From positions 70,494,001 through 70,558,000 of the forward strand of contig CM060732.1 of NCBI GenBank assembly GCA_030704615.1: a stretch of DNA of 64,000 nucleotides. The letters are read 5' to 3'. Each line of letters starts with the position of its first letter. The first letter of the stretch is position 1. Shown here piece by piece: positions 50,001 to 62,747 of the stretch. Made by a program: the position numbers and the translations under genes. The stretch is from Takakia lepidozioides. Its lineage: Eukaryota; Plantae; Bryophyta. Below the pieces are notes generated by a model that ran no database searches, was not told the origin of the DNA, and saw only the letters and a list, made by a program, of their open reading frames with translations.

Positions 50001-51711
50001 GTAAGATCGCAATATCCCTTGGCACCCTACACATCCCAAAATTTATATGACCTTCTATATGTAGCAACCTCCTATAGAACCTCCTAAAGAGCGTTTTTTC
50101 TTTGAAGCGCTAGGGTTTTCGAATGAGTTGGAGTTTGGTGAAGTGCCCAGTGCAGTGGATTACCTTCTTGAACTTTTCCTGCACTTTCAACTTCATGGGA
50201 GGCAATGGCTTTGGCAATTCACGGCAAATGCGGCGTCCCAAAACCTGTAAGTCCACTAACAACGTAAATCAAGAGTTGGGCTCTCTTGTTAGAGCAGCTC
50301 ACCGAAATTCAGCTTGCCTCTTGTCAATTTCTACGAGTTCGAAAGAATTGGAAAAGTTGTATGTCCTTGGTCCAGCATACTTTTCTTTCTCATGGAGAGC
50401 TAGCTATCTCTGCAAGCACTGCTATGTTTTCACAGAAGCAGGGTCATACCTTCAAGGCTGTAAAATCGGGATAGTGTGGCTCTGCACGCTGAAGATTTGC
50501 CACACTTTCAGAAGTGAACACCTCCCAGGGACCCCATTCAGACTTCCTCTTTAATGTATGAGCCCACCGGTCTTTAAAAAACACAATGACCGTGTTGTCT
50601 CTGTCTGGGCGTCCAATGCGCATGAACTCCCTCTTCATCGTTTTTCGTTGTTTTGGTGCCGGGCTACCATCATCCCAGGGTGGTTTTGTGGGTGCACCTG
50701 GTGTTCCTTCCCACTCATATAGGCGAAGAGTTTGTTCCCACTGGAAGTCACACCCTCAATGAACTCTTCGTGAGTTGCAACAAAACCATCACGCAACAAA
50801 CACACACCTATGCATTGCCAGTCACATCATCTATGGCATCAACAACAGACTGGGCAGGCCCATGTGCAAAAAGAACACTGGCTATCAAATCTTATATGGA
50901 TCACAATGAATCTGTACAGTAGAGATTATAACAATCGATTCCCCCTCCAGAAGTGTATCAGGAGCTCTTGTTCCACAGTAGTCTGAGCACACACAACCAC
51001 CCTTTTCTGACAATTATCAGGGTTCAGGGTTTTAGTGTACAAGAACGGGCCATAAGCAAGTCCCAGAAAATTCGAAGACACTTACCTCTTCCGCACTAAC
51101 TTCCTCTTTCGTTCTGGAAGCCTCAATCATTTCAAAATTCTCTAATTTCACACGGTACTTGTGTATCCGTTCCATCAACAACTCTGGGAATGTCTTGTCA
51201 AACCTTTCTCTAAATCTTGTGCACACGGTGTCCCATTCTTCGTAGAACCAATAGTAATCCCTACATCACCCCTCCCACCAACCATCAGGAAAGACCTTGC
51301 ATGCGTAGGCGTTACAGTCTTGACGGCCATGAGTAGAGGTCAAATATGGGTCCTGATCTATGCAATCCATAGGTAAGCTCGTTCACTCATTCGCAGTGTT
51401 GTCAATTAAAGTTCTAGTGAGGATGCACAGGCCAGAAGAAAACGCCGATCATAAAGATATGACAATTATAGCACGTGGAAAAGACAGCTGCAGCATTGTC
51501 ACTCTTCTTACTGGACTGAAGAGGCTTACTCTAAAACGTTAAGTTCCGAATCCTTCTCATAGCGTTGCCATATGTGGAGTTTCTCCTTTTTCGGAGGTAT
51601 GGGTGGGGGCTCCTTTTTCCGTTCAAGAGCTTGCAAAAACATTTGGGATCGTCTAGGTGGTACTCGTTCCAACATGTCACACTGCTCTGGAAGGGGCAGC
51701 ATCCTCAACAT
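47023..51711 (-). CDS. MYCBP-associated protein-like (MYCBPAP/FAP147-like cilia protein), multi-exon
   Basis: Exon peptides LENLGSTTLFYTWERR and SGSILSGQKKTFVFTFRSDVPGVYLESWVLHITPKL...LRGVA resemble the MYCBPAP domain. A later exon is Pro/Lys-rich. Exon boundaries only partly resolved. Confidence 0.68.
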
Positions 51712-51927
51712 GTTGTTCGCCGAAAAAGTTAGATGTCTTCTCTAATGTATGTGAATCACTTCAAGCACTCATTCAGAACATGTGGTGTAATAAGAAATCG
51801 GATTGAAACAGTCAGATGATAAACTTGACAGATTTCAAGGGTGACGGCTATGCTTCTACAATGTGTTCAGTTCAGAATTCCTGGCTCGTAGCGCTATGCT
51901 TGGGTAAAACACCAGGAGCAATGCCTT

Positions 51928-52048
51928 CATTTCTCGCACATGTTGTAACTCCGCTGTTTATTCATCAACTGTTATCGCATGCAATATCATTTCTCGCACC
52001 TGTTGTAACTCCGCTGTTTATTCATCAACTGTTAGCGCATGCAATATT
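51928..52048. repeat. 60-bp tandem duplication
   Basis: CATTTCTCGCAC.TGTTGTAACTCCGCTGTTTATTCATCAACTGTTA.CGCATGCAATAT x2. Confidence 0.85.
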
Positions 52049-52744
52049 CTGGCTTTCCTCGCTGATGGTTGTGCACAGGCCGCCTGATCGTACAAAGTCA
52101 AAAATCACACAGAACAGTAGTTGGGGTGGCATTGATCAGGCACGCAGCGGCCCTGATCAAGAGGATTTTAAACAAAACTGCAGGAAGGGCGTGCAAGGGA
52201 AATGAAGGGGCCTGATCAGCAGCTAGCCAAGAAATGTGTAAGCTGGAGCTGCAAATGCTGAACAGCAGCTGCGCATGCACAACACACGGATCTGTGTTTG
52301 CATTGGCGTGCTGGCTGGTGAAGAGGTAGATGACGAAGAGTCGGATCAACAGGTAACCGTTACAACCGACTCTTCTCAACCATATACATTTGAATTCCGA
52401 AACCTCCACAACTGGTGACCTACCATGTCCAAATGGCCCAGTTGCTTACAGTTATAAACCTTCATAGATTACGCACTACAGTCCACAACCCATTGCACTC
52501 AAAGAGACAAGACTGTACAACACAGCTTGTTGCTTGTACATTTGTTTTCCGAACACCAAAACCTGTTTCGTCAAGCACTGGATGCCTGTATACCTATGAC
52601 CAATTTGGCCTTTGATGGCCAGGTGATGTGACATGTTCTCCACTCAACACTCATCAGTTTCACACTGTTAATAGCCTAAGTTTCATCTCCCGATAAGGCG
52701 AGCGCTCTTGAAAAAGCTAATACATTTACAGAAGAGAGTCTAAA

Positions 52745-53355
52745 TGAGATGAAATGAAATGGAACTTTATAGCGTCCGAAGGAAGCTTATCGGACAAAAG
52801 AAAAGCAAGAAACAAGAAATTGGAATAAAAGACAGAGTGAAGCCGGAAGGAGCCCAAAAGCAATCACTGCTCAAGGGTCAAAGTTTTGTGAAGAAGAGCT
52901 GCCAAGCATTTCTGATCCTCCTGATGGAAGACTGTGAGAGAATTGAGTTTCTCCCACGGATCTCATACTAAAGAGGCCAGTAAAAGAAGAAGTGCTCTTC
53001 AGTTTCGATACAACGGTTCCAGTGCATGCCCCAATGCCCTGAGAGAGAGAAATGAAATGAAATGAAATGGTGCTTTATAACGTCCGCGGAAAGCTCATAG
53101 AGCTTATGGGACAAAATGGAAGAAAACATGAGAGAGGAACAAAATCCAGAAACCACAATTAATGTTCTAGCGATTGTCTAAGGGTGAAGGCCTCGTGCAG
53201 GTAGGCTGCCAAGCATTTTTTATCCTCATAGTGGAAGACATCAGTGAGAGTAGACATCAGTGAGAGTTTGGGTTCCACTGAATAAACAGTGGAATCTCCC
53301 AGGGATCTCGTAGTATAGAGGGCAGTAGAAGAAGAAGTGTTCTTCAGTTTCAATA
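52745..53355. repeat. Degenerate ~300-bp tandem duplication
   Basis: GAAATGAAATGG...CTGCCAAGCATTT...AGAAGAAGTG.TCTTCAGTTTC occurs twice. Confidence 0.65.
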
Positions 53356-53813
53356 AAATTGCACCAACAGTCAGTAGCTCAGTTGGTTAAGTGCACTGAG
53401 TGCCACCCAGATGATTCTGGGGTCAAATCTTGCTACTGATAGGTGTGGTATACTCTTCTCCCCGCATACAGTACAATGTGCTCAACCTCACAAGCCACAG
53501 TAGTAAGCCATGAAGTGAAGAGGAGAAACAATTCCCACAAGTAACTTAGGTAGTGCTAGATTTCGAGGGGAAAAGAGTGGGTGAGCTACTTGTTATGGGG
53601 GTTAAAATGAAATCCCAAAAAATTGCATGTGCATCAGTGGTGGAATATCAGCCTGTTCGGAATCTCGCCAGCTAAAAATCAAAAATAAAAATAAATCTCG
53701 CCAGCCACCTTTTCTAACTTTTTTCTTTTTTGGTTTTCTTTTGTTTGTGTGCTTAAACCCAGGCTCGGACTGGAGTTAGTTAAAATGGGATGGACAGAAA
53801 ACGGATGAGACAG
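53354..53813 (+). repeat. 460-bp inverted duplicate of 61731-62190 (PSRP4 upstream region including a SINE head)
   Basis: Near-identical to the reverse complement of 61731-62190. Confidence 0.92.
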
Positions 53814-53819
53814 TATCCA

Positions 53820-53990
53820 AACAAGTCCTTCAAAGTTTCATATTCTGTCATAGGATGACCTTCATGCAACAAATAGAACAAAGCTGCAAACTGAACTCTT
53901 TTTTTCCTGCCGTCTCTAGCTGCTCGACTTAGTACCAATTGATGCAACACATTCCCTGAGGCATTTATTGCAAAAATTCTCTTGTTCTTC
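53820..53990 (-). mobile_element. DNA transposase fragment (hAT/ZNF862-like)
   Basis: RKKRVQFAALFYLLHEGHPMTEYETLKDLF resembles the N-terminal segment of hAT-type transposases. Recognised by eye only. Confidence 0.4.
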
Positions 53991-55067
53991 CCAAACTGCA
54001 AGGCCCCGGCTCTGGTGGTACCGTTGGAAAGCCCTCGATGAGGATGGGTGCACCGGCTTGGTCTCATGATTTTTGGACCTGCGGTGTGGGAGATATGGAA
54101 TTTCAAGTACTTTTGGTAGTCGAAAATTCGTGAAAAATAGCAAAGTGGGCTTTGCTGGAGCAGTAATTGGATATAGTACAACTGAATAACTCATGGAAAA
54201 AATAAGATTCTCCACACATGGGCCTCCACATAGGAGAGGCACTTGGATATGTAGGGGATTCCACTTGGGATAGTTGGGCCAACGACATAGGCTACCCTAG
54301 TATGGTACTATTGAAGAGAGGACACAATTCCAATCAGCTCCTTTGACGTGCAGGGATCATTCAGATCAACTAGTCAACACTTACTTTAACTCATTCGATT
54401 AAGAAGCTTTTAATTGAATTGCAGTTAATCCAAGAAACTCTAGATCCAATATCAGAATAACACATACCCATTTGAAATTCCCTCCGCATTTAATGCATAA
54501 CGCTACTTGGAGATCGATTCCCTGGAAGTGATTCGAATTTCGAACACGAAACAATTCTACGGAACAAGGAATTAGATTTACATCCAGGTTTACGTCTAGG
54601 CTTCCAAACAAGTATTCAATGCCTTAAGGCACTGAAACCAACAACAATTATCTCTGTTGGCTGGGCAACCACTTCTCTGTCACCCCCTCATTTTCATACA
54701 ACATATGCCATTTTGTAGAACACTTCAATTCCAAGTATAGTAAAATTGCTATTTGTTTTCTTGGGCAATAGGGTCTTTGATGATCATCATGTGGATATTC
54801 ACGAGTAAGACTAGTAGCTCAATCAACCGCACATGGTAGTGCAGATTTTGCCCAACCCATAGCCAAACAAGAGGCTTCCCATGGGTAGTATATAAGTCAT
54901 ATTTCACATGTTGTCTACCTGCATCTTGTCTACCTGCACCAAACTTTCCTTGGATTGGAAAAGTGGTTCATTGCATCAAAGTGGGCTCCACTTTGTGAGA
55001 TGGAGCTCTAGCCTCTACCCCATAGAAAGTTGTAACTGAGATGGGGCGACATATGTCTCTGTCCTTA

Positions 55068-55466
55068 GAGCATGCCCAGCAGGCGCGCTACCTAGCGCTC
55101 TATCTTCAAAATAGCGTGGCGGAGGGGATCCCGCTTCCCCAGCAGCACGTTCTGGCGCTTCAAAATGGTGACCCTCACCAAATTCCGTGCCACTCCCTCA
55201 CCAAGTTGCGTGCGTTTGGAGTGTGGCATTCTCCCGAACTACCGCAAGATCCGCTGCCACTCCGCCTTCCCATATAATGACGAGCGGCAGGGCAGATGGC
55301 GGGGCCCACGGCTTACATGCTTGGCGCCTTTACTCTAGTATGGATATGGTGGGTTGCTGCTGGGGCTCTTGCCAGCCCACGCGCTATCTAGCGTGCCTGC
55401 CTCACCATACGCCTCCCTAACATAGTGTTGGCATGGCAGTTTAGTGAGCCATTGCTGGGCATGCTC
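55068..55466. mobile_element. PIF/Harbinger (Tourist-like) MITE, 399 bp
   Basis: Perfect 14-bp TIRs GAGCATGCCCAGCA / TGCTGGGCATGCTC flanked by a TTA TSD (55065-55067, 55467-55469). Confidence 0.88.
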
Positions 55467-56167
55467 TTAGCCAACCAAAGTAGAATTTTCTCTACTCTTT
55501 ACTACTTCCCCATACTCTCTTTATATCTCTCAAGTCTCCAAAATGTCACTCCCCACCAAAACAGAGGCTGCACCTTGGTCTCTAGGCCTCCTGCAGCTAT
55601 AGTAAATCTCTTTCGACTTTGTTTGTCTCTTCGTTTGCACGTTAAAGAAACTTTATCTTCATCTTTATCTTTATCTCTGTCACTGGTCCCTTTATGTTAC
55701 TAGCGTTGCAACCTCATACCTCAGACCTTACAATGAGTTCCCATCCCATGAGTACCCAACTTATTATAACAATTTCAAAGGCACATACACTGGTTCACCC
55801 TGCGAGGCTGGAATGTGGTATTCCTCCAAGCACTCGAGGACAAGCCTCTAAAGGAAAAAGAAAAGATATTATCAGCCTGCACATATGCATGTCAAGTTTT
55901 CAATGAGTTCTTCGGGAAGTTTCTTGACGGTTAGCCTACACGGCCTCCAGGGTGGTTATTTTTTCCACCAATGTGACTCTTTTATTATTTAATTTGACTA
56001 AAGGGCCACCCGTCCCCTTTCTTTAAAATTTAAAAAAATAAAAATCTTCGGGGTCCACCCCATTTTGTTTTGCCTTATGGCCTTCTGTTGAGGTTATTTT
56101 TTCCCCAACTTCTATTAATATGAGCTCCTAGGCCTCAGTCCCCTTCTTTTTGTAGAAGAAAAAGAAA

Positions 56168-56393
56168 CCAATAGTCAGTAGTTAAGTTGGTTAAGTGCAC
56201 TGAGTGCCACCCAGATGATTCTGGGGTCAAATCTTGCTATTGACGGGTGTGGTATGGTTCCTAGGTGGTGCCCCATTCCTTATGCCTCATGGCTGTGAAA
56301 GAGGTTTTTCTCCCCTCTCTATCAAGGTGATTCAGCTGTCGCTCCCAGGTGTTTCCATTTTAAAAAAAGAAAAAAGAAGAAGAAAAAACAAAC
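56168..56393 (+). mobile_element. tRNA-derived SINE, apparently full length; head-only copies at ~53364-53451 (+) and ~62093-62180 (-)
   Basis: Box A (TAGCTCAGTTGG in the other two copies), degenerate box B GGTCAAATC, GCC anticodon-like loop, unrelated body, A-rich tail and A/G-rich flanking direct repeats. Confidence 0.72.
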
Positions 56394-56907
56394 AAATGAG
56401 TTGAAGATTTCTACCTTCATCTCAGTTTAACTAGGACCTAGTATCAGGCTCAATAAGAAACACTATCATATCATCAGCATTCGTCATCTCCACAAATGAT
56501 GGCTTCCAACCAAGCATCAGATGACCATATCGAGGCGAAGGTGGGAAGTGTTCGCAGATGCTCTTTACCGACGATCGTACCCGACACTGAAGAAACGCCA
56601 CGGATCAGCACAGGAAACTGAATAAATTGCATAAAAAGGAATTGCCATAGTAAAGTACTGAACATCCCGCATCACAATATCCAGAGAGATTCCCAAGAGT
56701 CATATCTCTTGCTCAAAATTCACCCGAAGAGTACATATAATTTTGAAAATACAGATACCCGGACCCAAAGGGTAAGACAAAAAAATTCCGTCTTACCCGG
56801 GTTCGGACAACACTGGTCGAGACCCAAGAGCTCCTCGTTCAACTTACTGTCCATGAGCGTAGAGGCATCGGACATCGCTAATTGTTTTGATCAGTTGAGT
56901 TCGAGGA

Positions 56908-59409
56908 ATGGCGCCAGCTGCTGTCTCGACGGATATTGCTCGAGAATATGGTTCAGTGAGGGAACTGTCAGGGATGAAGGAGGTTCCCTCCATCTTCAAA
57001 AAGGAGTCGCTTGAGGAAAGCTTCATCAGTGCGGGTCAGCGGTCCATACCTGTGATAGATCTGGCAGAGCTAGAAGGTGATGGGCGTGCCTCAGTCCTGG
57101 AGGAAATTAGATGTGCGACGGAAGAATGGGGATTTTTCCAGGTACACAATTCTAGAGAAGAGAGGTAGCTTCTTGGATGTCTATATTAGGAGAGATCTTT
57201 CGTCTTATTCCGCCTAAACCAGGCACGGGGTCTACGTACACAAGGCTACCTCAAAACGTCTCATTCATGAATACATTCTATCTGAATTTGAGATCTCTGG
57301 TTGGGAAGAAGTGAGGTGGATAGGCAAGGTGAAGATGTCCTCTCTCTTGTAGACTGTACATGGTTTGAGGATGCAAAATCTCTGAAATTCTCTAGAGTAC
57401 TTCACTTGAACACTCCACTCAAATGAATTGGCCATTCGTATTCTTCTGGGGCTAGTACAATTGCAAGATTCTCTGAAGCTCCTAGGGAAATTTCTTACTT
57501 CGGTACCTTTCTAGTATATAGGATGTTGCGAACGAACTTTTCCAACTGTGAAGAAGAGAGCATAATGGGTCTCTGCCATTGCTCAAAGGTTGCTCTAGTT
57601 GACAATCGATGGGGCCTTTCCACATTTCTTCCAGATAAAGTGGCAGGAAACCTGTGATTTTGACATCTGGTATACTTCTTAAGTAGCTTTTACCACTGTA
57701 ATCATTTGGATGATCCGTGAGGTTGATTGTCCTCTCTGAATTTGTGTTGTTGGTGGGATCAATACATGATATAAGGTGGTGAATCATGGTGTTCCCCTGG
57801 CACTGCTCGAGGATGTTTTGTGGGCAAATAAACAATTTTTTGAGCTGCCTCGTGAAGAAAAGCTGAAGTACTGGACTGCCGAGCCATCTAAAGTTACCTA
57901 TGGCTCCGGCTCTACCATCAAGAGGGGTCTTCAGCCCTGGAGAGATTATCTTACGCTGGAGTGTTCCCCTGCACCAGAGATGGAGAAATGGCCCACTGAG
58001 CCTTTGACATTCAAGTAGGTCACGAACAACATTAATTCCTTGTATCCTTGTTTACTTGCCAGTATTTTGGCAACATTGCTGTAGATTCAAGGAAGGGCAG
58101 GTCTGACAGCTATTGTAACCCAAAAACCTCAACCTTTGAACTAGCGAGTCTATGTGTTGGGGCTTCAATATCATCCTTCTAAATTCTTTTGGGCCTTTGG
58201 CACAGCAATCTTGCAATGGGGGTTATCGATTGTCTAATATGATGAGTGGGGGTCTTGAATTATCTGAGCTAATGAAGAGTTGTGCCCATAGAATTGTCGT
58301 GAGTTCTTCGCTCTCAAACTTCTACTTTTCTAGTAATGTGTGTGGCTATGCTTGAGTATTGCAAATTCTGTAACTCTCGACAAATTGATCTATTGCGCAT
58401 TTGTATCCATGAGTAGTTAAGATAGAAAACAGAGAGGGGCAACATGGGTGTGAAAGGGCTGATCCAATTTTGGCAATCTGTTGCACTAACAGAGATATCA
58501 GTTTGGAGTACAACAAGTTGGTGAAGCTTCTGAGTGATAAGCTCCTCTGTGCTCTGTCAGAGTCTCTTGGGATAAGCTCAGATTTCCTTAGGCTTGCCGC
58601 GACTGGAGTGCGATTAACATTAGCAAATTATTATCCACCGTGTCCACAGCCGGAAGCTGTTCATGGGATACCAGCCCATTCAGACCCTTTGCTTCTCACT
58701 ATCCTATTGCAAGATGAGACAGGAGGTCTGGAAGTGCGCGACAAGCATGGTGGGTGGGTTCAGATTCAACCTTTGCCACATGCTCTGGTGATCAACATGG
58801 GTGACCAGATGGAGGTAGTTCCCCCCTGTAGAGCAGCATTACGTTTGAGAGATGTTATTATTCACTGTATGGTTTTGAGATGTAAACGTGTTGGAAAGGC
58901 ATGTTACCAATGGGTATATCCAAGCATTTATGGTGGAAGCAAGGAGAGAAGAATTTAGAAGGATGCCAAGAGAATGTTCACGAGCCGTTGTTTTCCGTAG
59001 TCATGTGATCATAGATCCCACGCCCAGATTGAGCGTGGGGACTTAGACTGACTAAGTGGGGAAAGCAAGACATAATTCGATAATAGTAGAGAGGACAACA
59101 CATGGCTCACTGCAAGTTTATGCCTGACAATAAAACATGCAGATATTGACCAATGGCCAGTACAAGAGCGTCGAGCACAGAGTTGTGGTGAACTCAGAGA
59201 AGGCGCGCATGTCTTTGGGCACCTTCTTTAGTCCCTTAGCAACTGCGAGAATTGCTCCTGCTTCAGAATTAGTAGCCCGGGATGGGGCTTCTTACAGGGA
59301 AATCATCTTTGAGGATTATATGACAAAGTTCAGGACAACTGGAACTGATGGAAAACGGCATGTGGAGAAGATGAAGATCTTCAAGCCATCTTCCCCAGTG
59401 CCTGGATGA
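56908..59409 (+). CDS. 2-oxoglutarate/Fe(II)-dependent dioxygenase (DOXC class), 4 exons
   Basis: Exons 56908-57141, 57776-58014, 58493-58814 and 59143-59409. Motifs IPVIDL, WGFFQVVNHG, NYYPPCP, HSD, SVEHR and RMS. Confidence 0.92.
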
Positions 59410-59515
59410 AGCGTGGCAGTCACCATGGATTGAAGAGTTCAAGCTTTCAGCGTAGCACTTTCGCCAAATTTCAAGAGAATACAAAATCGAATGTTTATAG
59501 TTTAAAATAATGTGA

Positions 59516-59896
59516 ACAACAATGGGTGACCAGATGGAGGTAGACAATTGCCCCCCTGGAGAGCAGCATGACATTGGAGAGTTATGATTCACTGTATTGC
59601 TTAGAGAGATCGATACAAGTATTGGAAAACACTCATGACGTAGAGTAAAGTACAAGAGCATCGAGCACCGAGTTCTCGTGAACCCAGAGAAGACGTGCAT
59701 ATGAATGGCTAGCTTCTTCAGTCCCTTAGAAACTGCGAGAATTGCTACTGCCTCAAAATTAATAGCTCAGGACGGGGCTTTCTACAGGGAAACCACCTAT
59801 CTGGATTATGGAGCAATGTTCATGACAGCTGGAGCTAATGGAGAATGGTTAATGGAGAAGATGAAGATCTGCACACCATTCCCCCCCAGTGTCTGA
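59516..59896 (+). pseudogene. Degenerate partial tandem copy of the 3' end of the 2OGD gene
   Basis: ATGGGTGACCAGATGGAGGTAG, the intron start and exon-4 sequence (FFSPLETARIA) recur with deletions. Confidence 0.8.
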
Positions 59897-61252
59897 ATGT
59901 AGCATGGCCACTCGTTTTGGAGTCAGCATAGATTGAAGTTCAAGTGACTTCAATCTAGCACTTTCGCAGGATTGGAAAACCCCATGAAGACCATGATGCT
60001 GCTCAGGTGAGCAATCTTTGGGGGTGGCTGGTAGCCATGTCCTTCACGTCCCTGTCCATGGAAATAGTACCAGTAAATCACTCTTATGAACTTATCTGTA
60101 CAACCATAGCTGTGGGTTTTCTTCATGTTGTTTTAAGAACAGGGCAATAAAATGGTGACAAGTTAGTATGAGCGGACAAGATGACACAGAAAAAAGAACT
60201 AGGTGGGTGACCTGCAAATAACTGCTACACTTTATGTTATGTTTACTGCCACTCTCTCCTTTGAAGGTGGTGTATTGGTAGTAAGATTTGCAGTGGCTCT
60301 GGGACTGTCATGCCCCACACTAGAATTAACTTTCAGTATTGGGTGCCCAAAATGAGTTGCGGGAATTTGACTACTAACACAAAATTTTGGATAGAGCATT
60401 GAGGTAAAGGGATGACTAATCTGCTGCATAAAAGAAAAGTTAGGGATACTCCCAAACACACACTTCTTACTCACGTTGTAAGACTAGCAGATGAAAAGAA
60501 CTTGGAAAGACATGAGATTCTTACTTCCACAAATCTTGATAAACAAAAGGTTGTCTGCACGCATTGCTTGAAGAGCTCGGGATTGTGTGGAAGATAGTGG
60601 AGGGGAAGTAGACGTACCCTCAGACCTGCATGCTTGGCGTAACATTGTGGCCACTGCGAAATAACAAAACGACATGCTAGTGACGACCAGGCAAGGGTTT
60701 GTAAATATCACAATGCTCTGGCAAAATTGCAAAGGGGCTCATGCCTGCCAAGTTGAGACACTGGCAACCCAAGACCCAGAGGATGGCAGCTGAACTCGAC
60801 TCAAGAGTCAGTTAGGACAGAGCAAGAGTGAGAGAGCAGCAGAGGGCAGAAGATCTGGAATACCATTATCACCATGATTAGTCCGTCTTCCTTTCTAGCC
60901 AGGCAACTCTCATTCGCAAATACGTGGACCAAGAGCTCTAATCAAACCAAAATTTGAAGGGCATTCACTGCCAGGGATTTGCGACTGACAGCAGACAATG
61001 CCTCACATAACTCAAGCTAAAGCACCTATTAAATCAGGCGACAAACTTACCCTGCCAGTTGCAACAGAGAAATTCCAGCCGAGAAAAGGGTAAGGTGTTT
61101 CCATTATACTAACCAGAACCGAGGTCCACTTACAAAGATATTCGAGTCATTCAAGTCAAGAGATTCAATGATACACACACAACTAATCTAGAGCAACAAC
61201 ATGGCTTTTCCAACAACTGGGAGAGCTTAAACTCTTCACTCACCGTCTCGAA

Positions 61253-61594
61253 TTAGTTGGTAAAGAGACTCTCGTCGATATCAATGTGAATGTACTCGCC
61301 ATCATCAAACGGGTCCTTCTTTTTGGGCCTCGGGGGCAAAGGGGTAACAGCCAGTCCGCTGCCCTTCGACGAGTCCTTGGGACGACAATTTCCGAAAGAA
61401 CCACGGAACCTCTTTCCCTTTGCAGTCCTCTTGTCACCCCTTCCGCAAACAATTGACGGGTACCGCCCACAGACGGCCATGGAAGCAGATGAAGCTGGGG
61501 AGCATGATGCCTGCATCACAGTGTTCTCCGCCAACACAACGGCAGATGACAACCCGCAAGCTCCCGCGACCACAGCAGCTTGAAGACTAGCCAT
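61253..61594 (-). CDS. PSRP4: Plastid 30S ribosomal protein S31 / PSRP4 (bTHX family)
   Basis: Ala/Ser-rich transit peptide followed by CGRGDKRTAKGKRFRGSFGNCRPK...DIDESLF. Confidence 0.88.
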   Translation of the reverse strand: MASLQAAVVAGACGLSSAVVLAENTVMQASCSPASSASMAVCGRYPSIVCGRGDKRTAKGKRFRGSFGNCRPKDSSKGSGLAVTPLPPRPKKKDPFDDGEYIHIDIDESLFTN

Positions 61595-61730
61595 TGCTGA
61601 TGCTTTCCCTCCTGCCCACAAGCTGATGCGTCCGCTCACCACTCCCTCTCTGGCTATAGCGGACACTCGCAAGCAAACAAGAGAGCCCGCGAAGATAAGC
61701 CATCTGCTGCCATGTTTGTCATCCGAAACT

Positions 61731-62190
61731 CTGTCTCTTCCATTTTCTGTCCATCCCATCCTAACTAACTCCAGTCCGAGCCTGGGTTTAAGCACACAAA
61801 CAAAAGAAAACCAAAAAAGAAAAAAGGTAGAAAAGGTGGCTGGCGAAATTTATTTTTATTTTTGATTTTTAGATGGCGAGATTCCGAACAGGCTGATATT
61901 CCACCACTGATGCACATGCAATTTTTTGGGATTTCATTTTAACCCCCATAACAAGTAGCTCACCCACTCTTTTCCCCTCGAAATCTAGCACTACCTAAGT
62001 TACTTGTGGGAATTGTTTCTCCTCTTCACTTCATGGCTTACTACTGTGGCTTGTGAGGTTGAGCACATTGTACTGTATGCGGGGAGAAGAGTATACCACA
62101 CCTGTAAGTAGCAAGATTTGACCCCAGAATCATCTGGGTGGCACTCAGTGCACTTAACCAACTGAGCTACTGACTGTCGGTGCAATTTTA
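61731..62190 (-). repeat. PSRP4 upstream region, partner of the inverted duplicate at 53354-53813
   Basis: Direct sequence comparison. Confidence 0.9.
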
Positions 62191-62747
62191 CATTTATTAC
62201 CATGTGCAAATTAAGGGCCAGTTACACAACAACCAATACCAGCCAGGTTGATTGTGTAATACCCAGGGTTAATATCCGGCCAAGGCCCTATACACCAGTC
62301 CAACACTGGTTCATACAGCTAAGTTTCTCAGCAGAGAAGCCATCTGTACTTTATGACTTGGGTAGGTAGACAGAATGGGGATGACACAGTGGTAAGATTG
62401 GTGATTCTTCATGATGGATATCTTGTGATATCTCTGTTGAGGCACTTCAGGAAGAGCTTCTCAATTCAAGCACCCTCACCGGAGCTTTGGGGTTACAATT
62501 CTTTCAAACTTAACTAGAACAGGCCTTGTCGATCACTGTAAATCTCTCATTCCAGCAAGTATTCGCAAAGAGATCCTGCTTGCAATGCGAATGCACCTTG
62601 TCCTTGCAAAGCCAATTACTCCGTGTATGAGAGGTGCAGGTCTTGGCAAGGACTAGTGCCGGCCTTGCAATCTTAGTCCAGCTATGTGATGAAAGGCAGA
62701 GGCTGATGGAATATGCTAGAAAGCGAAGGCAGGTCTGTGCCTTTAGT

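Noticed and set aside
53364-53451. Functional tRNA gene (also ~56170 and ~62100-62180)
   Set aside because: Box B/T-loop is degenerate (GGTCAAATC), stems are imperfect and the shared homology extends beyond the tRNA-like part. Better explained as a SINE head.
61595-61795. N-terminal extension of the PSRP4 ORF in the ORF track
   Set aside because: It starts at a non-ATG codon and runs through upstream, partly duplicated sequence. ATG 61594 gives a typical MAS- transit peptide.
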